A DNA stretch of 62,408 nucleotides, counting the filler. It is 3 parts of 3 records of this genome, joined end to end, with 100 filler letters (N's around TTAATTAATTAA, not from the genome) between each part and the next. Parts side by side here need not be neighbours in the genome. Positions count along the whole stretch, not along the records: positions 1 to 28,219 come from SRR20825019_709; positions 28,320 to 47,868 come from SRR20825019_710; 1 more part is not named here. One strand, 5' to 3'. Positions 22,828 to 33,297 of this stretch are shown piece after piece. A program made the position numbers and the translations under genes. Within the stretch, counting starts at the first letter, position 1, and each line of letters begins with the position of its first letter. A model generated the notes under the pieces. That model searched no databases and had not been told where the DNA came from. It saw only the letters and a program-made list of their open reading frames with translations.

Positions 22828-23754
22828 TCAACCCGTCGCTTGTGTATTAGCAGCCGTATGTGATGCCACAGGAGGCTTAGAAGCTCCTGGAGGCGGGACT
22901 GTGGTCAAGTTATATGTGTTGTTAAAACATGGCGAACCCAGCGCCAAGTCAAACCCACTATAAGACGGTGACAAAGACCAGAGATGCACGCCCGCACCAG
23001 TCCGAGGAGAAAACTTCATGCAGTTAGAGCTTGGAGACATCATGGGCGAGCATGAGAACTGAACTCCGGAACAAGTTCCAAACGAGTTGCCAGGAGACGC
23101 AGGTGGGTGCAATGAAGGAGGTCTACCTCGACCATACCCAGGATGGGGCGGCATAGGAATACCACGTGGAGCAGTTGGCCGCCGCATTTTCTCGGGATCC
23201 GGTGCCGGTGCTCTCCTCCGCCCGCTTGGTGTAACCACCGAAGGACCAAGCACCTTCGACTGGTATGGGGATACTGGCGTGCTGGGCTCATCCCCAAGAA
23301 TGTTACACACTTCTTCATCCATTTCTTCAACACTCATGCCCATATTTTGCACTTCTTCGAAAGAGCTTGCCATAGCGACAAAGTTATCGACATGGGCATC
23401 TTCATGTATATTGATGTTGTGTAGTGCCTCGCCGACTGCGCTTGCAGTGTGGCTGGGTGAAAACGAACAACCGTTGCTATAGTATTCAGCATGTCGGCTA
23501 TGTGCCGAGTCGTTCTCGTCTAGAATGAATTCATCGTCCATACCGGGGGATGCTCCCGTTTCAAGGAAATGCCTTCCCGCACCACTCGAACCAATATGAA
23601 TAGCCTTGGGTTCTATGAAAGAACCTTCACCAGGAGAAGCACTCTGACCAAACCGTGCTAACTCCGCAGTATAAATGGGAACCCCCTGCGTTTCGTCGAA
23701 AGGTGGCTCTGAGCGAACCCTCTTCGTACCTGCTCTGCCACTAAAAAGGGACAT
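22828..23754 (-). CDS. Hypothetical Ser/Pro-rich protein
   Basis: About 308-aa ORF from ATG 23754, NLS-like TKRVR, acidic middle, many SP/TP sites; correct orientation relative to the GC island at 24040-24700. Confidence 0.6.
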   Translation of the reverse strand: MSLFSGRAGTKRVRSEPPFDETQGVPIYTAELARFGQSASPGEGSFIEPKAIHIGSSGAGRHFLETGASPGMDDEFILDENDSAHSRHAEYYSNGCSFSPSHTASAVGEALHNINIHEDAHVDNFVAMASSFEEVQNMGMSVEEMDEEVCNILGDEPSTPVSPYQSKVLGPSVVTPSGRRRAPAPDPEKMRRPTAPRGIPMPPHPGYGRGRPPSLHPPASPGNSFGTCSGVQFSCSPMMSPSSNCMKFSPRTGAGVHLWSLSPSYSGFDLALGSPCFNNTYNLTTVPPPGASKPPVASHTAANTQATG

Positions 23755-24039
23755 CAATGCCGACTTCTACTGAGCCATGACCGGTTCAAGCAAAGCAAAA
23801 CGCAAGTATTCAGACCAAGACGATGACTGCAAAGGAACCAATGATCAGTGTAATTATTTGTAGCAGTTGTGACAGGAGACTGTGCGTGGCGAAATTCTCC
23901 GGATGGTTTAGTCTTTGGTTGTACCTCAGGCACTTCTTGGAGTACAGTGCAACTCTGCGAAAGTTGGGGGCGAGCTACCTTTGAACATTCTCGCCGGTGT
24001 GCAATCCCATGATGCGAAAGAGGCGACCGCCCCTTGAGC

Positions 24040-24700
24040 CCTACACAGCTAGGGAATGCCCCGGATCGACCAGCAACGAGAGGGGGCGGCCAGGGGGCCG
24101 GGCTCGTATGACAGTCAGTCGTGGTCCGGAACCACATTCGCCCATCCCAGCCTGGCGGCTGGCCCCCCGGGGCTGCCATGCCGGGCATTGAAGGCGCTTG
24201 CCGAGGAGGCCCCGCGGCCGAGCTCGTCCGGGGGACGGCAGAGTAAGTGAATCGCCACGCCGTCTGGAGCCGCTGTGCGACCCGACTACACCAGTCCAGT
24301 CGACTGATAAATATCGGATGCTGTTTTATGGCTTTAAGTTCTATTATAAACATGAGCCCCTTATACATTACAAACCAAACAAATCAGAACATCAAAAATC
24401 GGCTTTTGCTTGAGGGCACCAACAACGCTCCCCAAATGGGAGTACTGAACACCGACTCCCCAAATGGGGCTTTTAAGGCTGGCCGAGGGGCCTCCTCAGT
24501 CGTGGGCAGTGGCCGTTGTGCCGGGCCGGCGCCGCGGTCCCCCAGCCCGCACGACTCAGGCTTCGCCTGAGTTGACTCATGCTTGGCCGACAGCCAGGGT
24601 GGGCCCGTTCCGGGCGCAGTTGCAGTCGCCAGAATTAGTAGCGCGCACACTGCTCCCTGACAGCCGCCGGGGGTTGCAGGCGGCAAGCCTCACGAGTCGT
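24040..24700. promoter_or_regulatory. Double GC-rich island between divergent genes
   Basis: Two GC blocks (about 24050-24300, 24470-24700) split by an AT-rich spacer; TGACTCA at 24573-24579. Confidence 0.5.
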
Positions 24701-24873
24701 GGGTGCTCAACTCATGTGTCTGCATCTGGTTCACCTAGTTTTTGTTGTTTTCAAGTGGTGAGAAGTCAAACTTCGACTCATTTAATTATATGTTAGATCC
24801 ATAGATCGCAGAAACCATGATTTGGTGGCCGCGACATCTGCTTCAAGATCTGTGAGGGGTTGACGGATTTTCC

Positions 24874-27553
24874 ATGAGTCACGCTGGTGAAGAGAATGAC
24901 TATTGTGCAGCCTATATTGTCTTAACAAATTTTGACCTCTTGACTCTTATATTAAAGAGCCAAGATGAACCCTCCTCGCACCAGGTGAATCCTTCTCATT
25001 TAACGAACAAAGAACGACTCCTTGTTGCGAAACCAAGACTTCCTTACAAGGAATGGACAGATGGAGACTGCGCCATCAGGAATGGTCATTTCAGTCTCTG
25101 TTTGGAAAAATGGGACCAACACTTAAAAGACTACGATGGAACACCCACAGAACAAGCTGTGGCCGCTGACGAATTCTCTTTGACGTTCTCAGAAACAGCA
25201 CTTGACGAAGCAGTTTCATTCGGACGGACAGACTTCATGAACTGGTTGGCAACCACATTTGACTTAGGTGAGCCTCATCAATCTGGCAGTTCATTTTGTG
25301 GTTTAAAGTATTGATGCTGTTTCAGGGTGTAAGGACACGACACTAGTTGAGGCCTGCAGACTAGGCGACCTAGACTCTGTTAAATTTCTGTGTTATCGAT
25401 ACTTCCCATATGCAGTACAAGCTGCAGTGCATGCCGCTGCTGCTGGGGGGCAGTGCTCTGTACTGCAGTGGCTGTGTCAAGGAGAACATAGTTTGTCCTC
25501 AGACTCGCTCAAGTCGAAAGATCAAACAGAAATCAGGCATGATCTTATCAGAAATTATCTCAACATGAACACCGTGGCACATGCTTGTTTCAGCGGCAAC
25601 ATCGACACCATTGAGTTCGTTCTCCATATGTGGATGAAACAGTTATTCGTCACTGTCAATGATACATTTCACACTTCTGCCGGGGACAGCATCTGTAAAG
25701 AATCGGATCAGGTCCGTACAGAAGTGCAGAAAGTCGCTACAGTAGTGACAAATTGGACCATTATAGGTGGTCATGCAACTATTCTAGCAGATGTCCGGGC
25801 TGTTCTGAAAGCACTAATGGTCGAAGTTTTCGGCCAGTCAAATGATCATGGCATTGTAGAAGAACCTTTGTGTCTCAGAACGCCAGTCTTGAAGAGCCTT
25901 GTGCGACGCGGAGACCTTAGGCTTATGGAGCAATTGCTTGACGATGGTCTCCTCTCTAAGTCTTCCTTGCGGAATCCTTCCCTCTATTTGCATCCGGCGA
26001 GACAAGGGCGGCATGACATTCTGACCTTTCTCTTCAATCAAAATGGGGGTCTGCTGCCGGAAGAGAAGACTCTACGGCCGGCAGTCCTTTCTGGAAATGT
26101 GTTGGTAGTTCATTGGATTACGAGTTTGGGGATACCGGTATCTCCCAGTGCTATTCTAGATTCAGCTAGTGCAGGACACGTGGACGTTCTCAAGTACTTG
26201 TTGGATAACTTTTTGGTTAAAATTACTGACGCAGCCATGACTGCTGCCGCAACTAATGGCAACCTGGGCTGTTTTCGACTCCTGCATCAAGCGGGCCATA
26301 CGACTGCAAAGCTCGACCGAGCTGCGGCGAATGGTCATCTTTCCATATTGGAGTATGCACAGGAAAACAACCTGAGGTGTGCCATTACTCATATTGGAGT
26401 TGATGCTGCGCTTGCCAACGGTCATGTTGCTGTAGCAAAGTTTATATGGCAAGAATGGAATGTCAGCTGCACGGACACAGGTATCATCAAGAGCTTTGGA
26501 TGTGGTCAGGTAGAATCGGCAACGTTTCTCTGTAACATGGCAATAGAGCATGTAGAGTGGGCCCCCGGAGATATTAATACTAGCGATAAGGCATTTTGCG
26601 AGTGCTTAAGCAACGGCCATTTTGCTATTGGTGAGATGATGATGGATCGGCGATGGGTGAAGGCCAGTGGTTGCATGCAAGAAATGTCGATTCAGGTCGC
26701 TATAGCGTCCTGCGCTGATGTGGACACAGCAAAACGATATGTTCAACGTGCAGGGAACATGGTCAAGTGGTTCCCGCAGGTCATTCTCTCCGCTTGCCAA
26801 CAAAATACCTTAGATATGGTTAGATTCCTTCACGAAAAAGAAAACGTACCACTATCTATGAACGCTGTACGGAGTGCGGCCAGCCGGGGCAACTATGAAA
26901 TGGTAGGATCTGACATTGCTACTATTGCGAGTGCTCATTGGTGTACCTTTTCCTAGGTCCGATACATCATTGGACAATGTGAAGATTCGAGTGCGGTTGT
27001 CTCCATTGAAGCTGTAGTAGCCGCATGCTTGAGTGGCTCCCTGAAGTGCTTCAAGCTCCTAGTTGAAACCGCAGAAGAACATGATTTCGTCCTTGGCAGA
27101 TGCAGTGATTTATTCGCGTCAGCTGTAGGGATGGGATATTACCGTATTTGCTCTTGGATGCTTAAGAAATGGCACTTTAGAGTACTTGCAAATGAGACCG
27201 AATCTCCGCAGAAAATTTTGCAACGGCTTAAGAATCCTCTAGCGCGACACTTCGCTATGACCAACCTGATATCATGCTTACTTGCACATTATTCGAGCGA
27301 TTTGTGGCTTGAGTGGCAAAAGGAAATGGTGCATCATTGTACCAGATTGAGTAACGTTGCAGAGTCCATTTGCATGCTTGAGGACAATCTTGCAGGAAGC
27401 CTACTAGTTCATGAAGGATTCGAGTTCACATATCTAGAGGATATGAAGAACATTAGGTTCGGCTCCAGCAGAAGAACTAACAACAGGCATAGTGAGTTTT
27501 GGGCCCTCATTGCAAGCCTTCGAATCGACGTAGACGCACAACATAAGCAATGA
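24874..27553 (+). CDS. Ankyrin-repeat protein, 3 exons
   Basis: Introns 25268-25325 and 26903-26956 join three ORFs; degenerate repeats such as AILDSASAGHVDVLKYLLD, AMTAAATNGNLGCFRLLH, LDRAAANGHLSILEYAQE. Confidence 0.82.
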
Positions 27554-28219
27554 AAATAATTGCAATCCTTGCGTAAGTGGAACAAATCAACTGCATCGAC
27601 AGTTGACATGGGACCTTGTGACTCGATGGAGCTCACTGATTTCCTTGGTGTTTCTATTTTTAGGATCATGATACCATGTATTCACGTGGTGGACGTAGGC
27701 TACCTTCTCAGCAAGCTGTGGGTTGGGGCGAGTGGACAACGCCACCGGACGACGTCGAATTGATCGGAACTATGCGATTTGCTTCGGAGCATGATAGTCG
27801 TTATGGTAGGAGCATCCCATCACCTGCGCTGGTGGCATCATGCAAGGACCCTCTGTGCAGATTAGTACGGAGTTTCTCTATGAGCCCGTGGACCCAAGAC
27901 TGCACTATGCGAGAACAAGAGGTGGGCCGACAATAACCGCATATAAGGACCGCATGCATGGGTTGTATATGACGCTGGAGTGCAACCGTGCGTGAATGGG
28001 CGGCGCCAACTCTTCAACGAGTGAGGCGGGGAGTGCGTGGGTATAGTGGGACCGCACTGCGACCAATAAATGAAGCTCTTAATGGTTATGTGCGCCACGG
28101 ACTCCGGCAGGCAGATGTATGTTGATGTATGCGAGGCTCATACTCTTCCATTCTCCGAGATGTTATGTCTCATATCTCGAGCACTCAGAATACCCCTCAT
28201 ATCTCACATACCTCGGCAT

Positions 28220-28319
28220 NNNNNNNNNNNNNNNNNNNNNNNNNNNNNNNNNNNNNNNNNNNNTTAATTAATTAANNNNNNNNNNNNNNNNNNNNNNNNN
28301 NNNNNNNNNNNNNNNNNNN
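28220..28319. other. Artificial contig spacer
   Basis: 44 N + TTAATTAATTAA (28264-28275, stops in all six frames) + 44 N. Confidence 0.97.
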
Positions 28320-28635
28320 ACGCTATTCCGGCGGCATGGTGCTGCACCACGTCACCATGGCCTACGATATGGACGCGGCAAAGATGATGCAGGTGCTGCG
28401 CATTGGCCGCGAAAAGCTTTCCGACAAGGGAACGGCCAGTGCTGCCAAGCGCGTTGATCCGGTCAGAAGCCAGACCGGTCTGCCGCGCCGCGAGGTCATC
28501 GACCGGATGAAGGCAAGTTTCACAGCGTTGAATGGCGGAACGCCCGACACCATAACACCCGGAGAATATGCCGCCGCTGAAAAACTGGCCGCTGAAAAAT
28601 TTGCAACGACTGAGTGGCTTCACGCCATTCCGTAA
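28320..28635 (+). CDS. lplA: Lipoate-protein ligase A family protein, 5'-truncated
   Basis: VLHHVTMAYDMDAAKMMQVLRIGREKLSDKGTASAAKRVDP matches the C-terminal part of LplA-family ligases; cut by contig edge. Confidence 0.78.
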
Positions 28636-28854
28636 GCCGAAACAAAGCTCAGGTCTGCTGGACAGGAAACCCCATGTCTGCTTAGCTTAAGCCTGATTTC
28701 GGGACTTTGAAGGACGATACATGGTTATCGGGGTCGATGCCTTGCCGCTGTTCGATACTTTTCAGCATTTCAAGACCTGCCGTCTCCATCCCGGATCGCG
28801 ACACTATGTATTGGAATCGGAAACGTTTACTCCCGAAGCAGGCAGGTCATTTTA

Positions 28855-30210
28855 ATGGAAGATCCAACCGCTCTGGTTGACCGTCCCGGCAATCGCTACG
28901 CCCAGGCCCGATATATTTTTCTGGCCTCCTTGGCTGGTATTCTGACGGGGACCATTGGCTCTTTCTTCCATCTTTTCATCGATCATCTTCTGCTGTGGCC
29001 GGAACATCTCGCACGTTATATGGACGGCGCCTTTCTGGTCATCGCCGCTGCGCTGGTTACTGGCTGCATAACTGTTCTCACTGTCTTCTTTGTCAAACGC
29101 TATGCGCCGGAAGCTGGTGGCAGCGGCGTACAAGAAATCGAAGGCGCGATGCAGGGGCTCAGACAGGTCCGCTGGAAACGTGTCCTGCCGGTAAAATTTT
29201 TCACTGGTATCGCGGCTCTTTCATCGGGACTTGTGCTTGGTCGTGAAGGTCCGACGATTCATATCGGCGCCTCCATTGCCGAAGCCACAACCGATTTTTT
29301 CAAGGTCAGCGATGTGGAGCGGCGAGGTATGTTGGGCGCCGGTGCGGCGGCAGGCCTGGCCTGTGCATTCAATGCCCCGCTCGCCGCCATTCTGTTCATC
29401 ATTGAAGAAACACATAAGCAGTTTCCTTATACATTTCGCACCTATATGGGCGTCATCTCTGCCGCCCTGCTTTCAACCGTGATGACCGAGGTGATCGGCG
29501 GCAAGGCCCCTGATTTTGCGATGTCCGTTTCCACGCCGGCACTGGTTCTGCTTCCCGCCTTCGTGGCACTCGGCTGCCTGCTCGGAATGATCGGTGTTGC
29601 TCTCAATGCCGGGCTGATGCGCACAACGGCCTTCGCTGCCGATCTGCATAAAAAAGTACCTTACCTGTTTCCCGCCATCATCGGACTGGCCGTTGGGGCA
29701 CTCTTCATTCTCATGCCACTTTCAGTGACCGGTGGCGAGCATATCATCAACATTGTCGGGCATAACCCGCCTGCGCTTTCCATGCTGCTGGTTCTGGCAC
29801 TCTTAAGGTATTTCACGATGGTAGGCAGCTATTCCGCAGGGACGCCGGGCGGCATCTTCGCACCGATGCTGGCGCTGGCTATCTGCACCGGAATGCTGTT
29901 CGGTGCACTGCTCGAAACGGTTCTGCCGAATGCCGGACTTGTGCCGCTTGCCTTCGGCATTGCCGCCATGGGCGGGCTTTTTTCCGCTTCTGTACGTGCA
30001 CCGGTCGTCGGTGTGGCACTGACGCTGGAACTGACCGGTGCCTATACGATGACAATGCCACTGATCGCAACATGCCTGACTGCCAATGTGATGGCGCAGT
30101 GGCTGGGGGGCAACCCGATCTACGAACAGCTGTTGGAGCGCACACTGAAACAGGCTGGAATAAGCCCGAAGAGCAGCGAGCAAAAATCGGAACATTCCGG
30201 GCTGGCATAA
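28855..30210 (+). CDS. clcA: H+/Cl- exchange transporter (ClC family)
   Basis: GSGVQE, GREGPT (gating Glu), FIIEE (proton Glu), GGIFAP and PIYE signatures. Confidence 0.93.
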   Translation: MEDPTALVDRPGNRYAQARYIFLASLAGILTGTIGSFFHLFIDHLLLWPEHLARYMDGAFLVIAAALVTGCITVLTVFFVKRYAPEAGGSGVQEIEGAMQGLRQVRWKRVLPVKFFTGIAALSSGLVLGREGPTIHIGASIAEATTDFFKVSDVERRGMLGAGAAAGLACAFNAPLAAILFIIEETHKQFPYTFRTYMGVISAALLSTVMTEVIGGKAPDFAMSVSTPALVLLPAFVALGCLLGMIGVALNAGLMRTTAFAADLHKKVPYLFPAIIGLAVGALFILMPLSVTGGEHIINIVGHNPPALSMLLVLALLRYFTMVGSYSAGTPGGIFAPMLALAICTGMLFGALLETVLPNAGLVPLAFGIAAMGGLFSASVRAPVVGVALTLELTGAYTMTMPLIATCLTANVMAQWLGGNPIYEQLLERTLKQAGISPKSSEQKSEHSGLA

Positions 30211-30231
30211 CCCTGTTACCGATTGTCACAC

Positions 30232-31548
30232 TCAGTTCGACCAAGAAACCTTGACGGTATTGCGACCGCTTGACTTCGCCTGATAAAGCGCCTGATCAGC
30301 AAGGCTCAACACCTTCGGATCGATATCATCGGCGCCATAGACAGCAACGCCGATACTGACGGTCATCTCATGCCGCTCGCCGGTCGGCAGAATAACCCCC
30401 TTCTCACAGACGGCCTTGCGGACCCGGTCCGCAGCGGAAAAGGCTGCTCCCTGCCCCACATCCGGCAGCAACATGGCAAATTCCTCACCGCCGTAGCGGA
30501 AAAGAACATCATCCTGACGCGCAACCTCTTTGATGGCTTCGGCTATCTGGCGCAGCGCTTCATCCCCGGCGACATGACCATACTCGTCGTTGAAGTCCTT
30601 GAAATGATCGACATCCAGCATCAAAAGCGCGAAAACCTGGCCATCTTCATTGCTGTCATGTGTGCGTTCGGTCAGAAGGCGATCAAACTCACGCCGGTTC
30701 AAAAGTCCGGTCAGACTATCCGTTCGCGCGGCTGTTGCCAGAGCATTCTCCTGCTGAATGATCTGCTTTGTCATGATGTTGAAGGCATTGGCAACGGATG
30801 CAAGTTCAGGCGGCACCTGCACGTCAATATCCCGGTCGCGATCACCCGCTGCAATACGCAGGGCACCATCCACCAGCTTGTCTGTGCTGTTGATCAGCGC
30901 CCTGTCGATGATATAGATGCCGGCGGCGGCGAAGAGCATCGCCAGCACTCCGCCGATCGCAGCTATCATTTCCAGCCGGTTCAGCGCCTTCAACGCCTCG
31001 GCATGGCTGTGTTCGCTATCGACACGCACGGTTTCGGAAATATCGCCGAGCCGCTTCGCCGTTTCGGCGATCACATCCTCAAAACGGTGTAGCGCTGGAT
31101 CGGCAGTGGCCGGATCCCCTGCCTTTATAGCCGCAGCCGTTTCAAGCAATTGCGACCATTGCTGCTGAACTCCGACCAGGATCGGGTGAAAATGATCGTG
31201 CTCATCAACAGCTTCCGTCAGTTCTTTCAACTGCACTGCAACATCGCGCTCGGTTGCCTCAAAGGCACGACGATAGCTTTCATCCCCTTCTTCCGCAAAA
31301 TCATTGACCGCAGCCGAAATGTCCCAAAGCTCGTTGTGGATGCGCTCCAGAGGAACAAGAATACGATGCTGCGCATTCACCACATCACGGAAGGGTTTGG
31401 ATATCTGGTTGTGAAATGTGACGTAGCCCAACACAGCAACAACGGCCAAGGGCAACAGAGCCGCAGCCATACCGATGGCCAGCCAGACTCGCAGCGACAG
31501 GCTGCGGAACCACCGCGTCAGTGCCGTCATATCACCAGTCTGTTCCAT
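30232..31548 (-). CDS. Membrane sensor diguanylate cyclase (2 TM, HAMP, GGDEF)
   Basis: TDSLTGLLNRR, DVDHFKDFNDEYGH, RYGGEEF, I-site RQDD, HAMP motif ELASVANAFNIM. Confidence 0.93.
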   Translation of the reverse strand: MEQTGDMTALTRWFRSLSLRVWLAIGMAAALLPLAVVAVLGYVTFHNQISKPFRDVVNAQHRILVPLERIHNELWDISAAVNDFAEEGDESYRRAFEATERDVAVQLKELTEAVDEHDHFHPILVGVQQQWSQLLETAAAIKAGDPATADPALHRFEDVIAETAKRLGDISETVRVDSEHSHAEALKALNRLEMIAAIGGVLAMLFAAAGIYIIDRALINSTDKLVDGALRIAAGDRDRDIDVQVPPELASVANAFNIMTKQIIQQENALATAARTDSLTGLLNRREFDRLLTERTHDSNEDGQVFALLMLDVDHFKDFNDEYGHVAGDEALRQIAEAIKEVARQDDVLFRYGGEEFAMLLPDVGQGAAFSAADRVRKAVCEKGVILPTGERHEMTVSIGVAVYGADDIDPKVLSLADQALYQAKSSGRNTVKVSWSN

Positions 31549-31883
31549 CTGACCCGCCTTCTTTTATGCGCCACGCTATTCGGCTGCGGTAACGCTTATT
31601 ATTGGGGAAGCATAATAGCGAAAATACGCGTAGATCGACCGAAAATAGTAAAGATACTGGCAACTTACGAAGAATCGCTCCTCCGCATCGTCCTGTAATA
31701 TTATCTCGGAGCATCTAGGGTATACGAAATCAGCAAACACCAATCATGTCCACATCCCGTAGCGCGCAACGACACCGCTTAAACGCGCGTTGCGCGCAAC
31801 TACAACCGCAGGCCGGGCCTGACCGAGGTGGGAAGTGAAGCGTGAGTAAAGAATAGCGTCTTCAAAAACCGGTAAAGAATGCA

Positions 31884-31907
31884 TCCGGGTGGTTCGCCCC
31901 ACCCGGA
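31884..31907 (-). terminator. Stem-loop downstream of PCu(A)C gene
   Basis: TCCGGGTGG/CCACCCGGA 9-bp inverted repeat just past the stop; weak U-tract. Confidence 0.5.
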
Positions 31908-31923
31908 AACCCGTCTTCGGTAC

Positions 31924-32562
31924 CTATTGTGACGGCATGTCCATGCCGCCGTTATCATGCTCTGCGCCATGCATGTCCTGGTCATCATCCGTCTGCCCTC
32001 TGGCAGCGAAACTTTTGACATGAAACGGCACATCAACGGTACCGGCGTCTTCAAACGTCAACTCGACATTGACAACTGAACCTTCTTCCAGCGGACCGCT
32101 GAGCTTCATGAACATGATATGCATCCCGCCAGGTTCAAGCATGACCGTTGAGTGTGCAGGCACCGGGATGCCGTCGGGCATCTGATACATCTTCATCACA
32201 TCGCCATCCATGCGCATATTGTGAAGCTGCATGACACCGGCAGCATCGGATCTGACAGACACCAGCCGGTCATCCTTGTCCGAATTGTTGGTGATCGTCA
32301 CAAAGCCGCCCCCAACTGGAGCGCCCGGCAGTGTCGCCCGCGCGAAGGCACCGCTGATTTCGAGTTCCTTGAACTCGACATGCGAAGCCGGTGAAGCGTC
32401 TTCAGACGTTTTCATTGACGCCGCGAGGATCATCATCGGCGCAGTCTTTGTTCCACCGTAGATCAGTTTTCCATGCTCAATAGCCGTTCCGGCATTGGCC
32501 GGAATAACAAAAGCGAGCGTAGCCAGACCCGCAAGGCTAATACGTTTTACGAATGAATTCAT
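31924..32562 (-). CDS. Periplasmic copper chaperone PCu(A)C family
   Basis: Signal peptide MNSFVKRISLAGLATLAFVIPANA; ARATLPGA...DDRLVSV...MQLHNM...VMKM...LEPGGMHIM copper motif; His/Met tail; GGAG 8 nt before ATG 32562. Confidence 0.9.
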   Translation of the reverse strand: MNSFVKRISLAGLATLAFVIPANAGTAIEHGKLIYGGTKTAPMMILAASMKTSEDASPASHVEFKELEISGAFARATLPGAPVGGGFVTITNNSDKDDRLVSVRSDAAGVMQLHNMRMDGDVMKMYQMPDGIPVPAHSTVMLEPGGMHIMFMKLSGPLEEGSVVNVELTFEDAGTVDVPFHVKSFAARGQTDDDQDMHGAEHDNGGMDMPSQ

Positions 32563-32570
32563 TGTGAATA

Positions 32571-32635
32571 CTCCGTTTGAGATTGTCCTGATTGACGAAA
32601 AAAGGCACAAGGCCCTTTCTTCAAAGCTCAAACAG
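32571..32635 (-). promoter_or_regulatory. Shine-Dalgarno-sequestering hairpin
   Basis: Minus strand CUGUUUGAG (32635-32627) pairs with CUCAAACGG (32581-32573) overlapping SD GGAG; inner stem AGAAAGGGC/GCCUUUUUU. Confidence 0.65.
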
Positions 32636-33029
32636 CAAGGGGCGGAGCGCGGGGATTATAATGTCCGCGAAAGACGGATTGCGGCGGCGCTTCATTCTTC
32701 AGCACAAAGACCAAAGCGACAAAACCGTCATAAGCCGCAACAGCCTCTGCTGGCGGCGGTGGCAGCAGCACCGTTTTCTGGCGGCAGGCATGGCAGGAAC
32801 CGTGGCTGGTCTGATCATCATGGAACCCGCCGCCAACGCACAAAGAGTGCGGGACAGGAGAAAACGCAGCCTGCTGATAGGACGCAGCAGCAAAGGCTGG
32901 CGGAAGCGGCTGATAGAGAAACACCAGCGCGAACACCGCCACCATGGCCAGCGCAGCAGCAAACTCGTGCAAAACCGCTCTGAGTGCTTTCGGGTTCAAG
33001 CAGCAGACCTCGACAGAATTTTCACGCAA
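32628..33029 (-). CDS. DUF2946-like leader peptide (CruR/CutF type) with CxxC and RAPP
   Basis: Hydrophobic segment FAAALAMVAVFALVFLY, LC, HGSCHAC, poly-Pro and C-terminal PRAPPLAV; start codon uncertain. Confidence 0.8.
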   Translation of the reverse strand: MRENSVEVCCLNPKALRAVLHEFAAALAMVAVFALVFLYQPLPPAFAAASYQQAAFSPVPHSLCVGGGFHDDQTSHGSCHACRQKTVLLPPPPAEAVAAYDGFVALVFVLKNEAPPQSVFRGHYNPRAPPLAV

Positions 33030-33195
33030 CCGCCGTTTCAGCTAACAATTATTGATAAAGCACAAGCTTTGCCAGAAAGCTCATTGCGGTGCAAGAAAAC
33101 TCCGCACGATCACCCGAAGCGGGCTGTTATGACGCAGTGCGACAAAAAGATGAATAGCCTCTTGCAACGCTGTAAAGCCGGTGCTAGCGTCCGGC

Positions 33196-33295
33196 ACATT
33201 CACAGGGGGGCTCCGTATTGCCGGGGCTGAGATTGGAGGTGCGAAACCTTCTGACCCTATAGCTGATCTGGGTAATGCCAGCGGAGCGAGGTCAA
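33196..33295 (+). ncRNA. TPP riboswitch
   Basis: GGGG...GCTGAGA...GACCC...CTGATCTGGGTAATGCCAGCGGAG core directly upstream of a thiamine salvage operon. Confidence 0.92.
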
Positions 33296-33297
33296 AC

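Noticed and set aside
28264-28275. TTAATTAATTAA as a biological palindrome or target-site duplication
   Set aside because: Centred in N runs and repeated identically at 47913; a six-frame stop linker
33181-33297. N-terminal extension of ykoF given by the ORF track
   Set aside because: The segment is the TPP aptamer; the SD and ATG lie at 33283-33300
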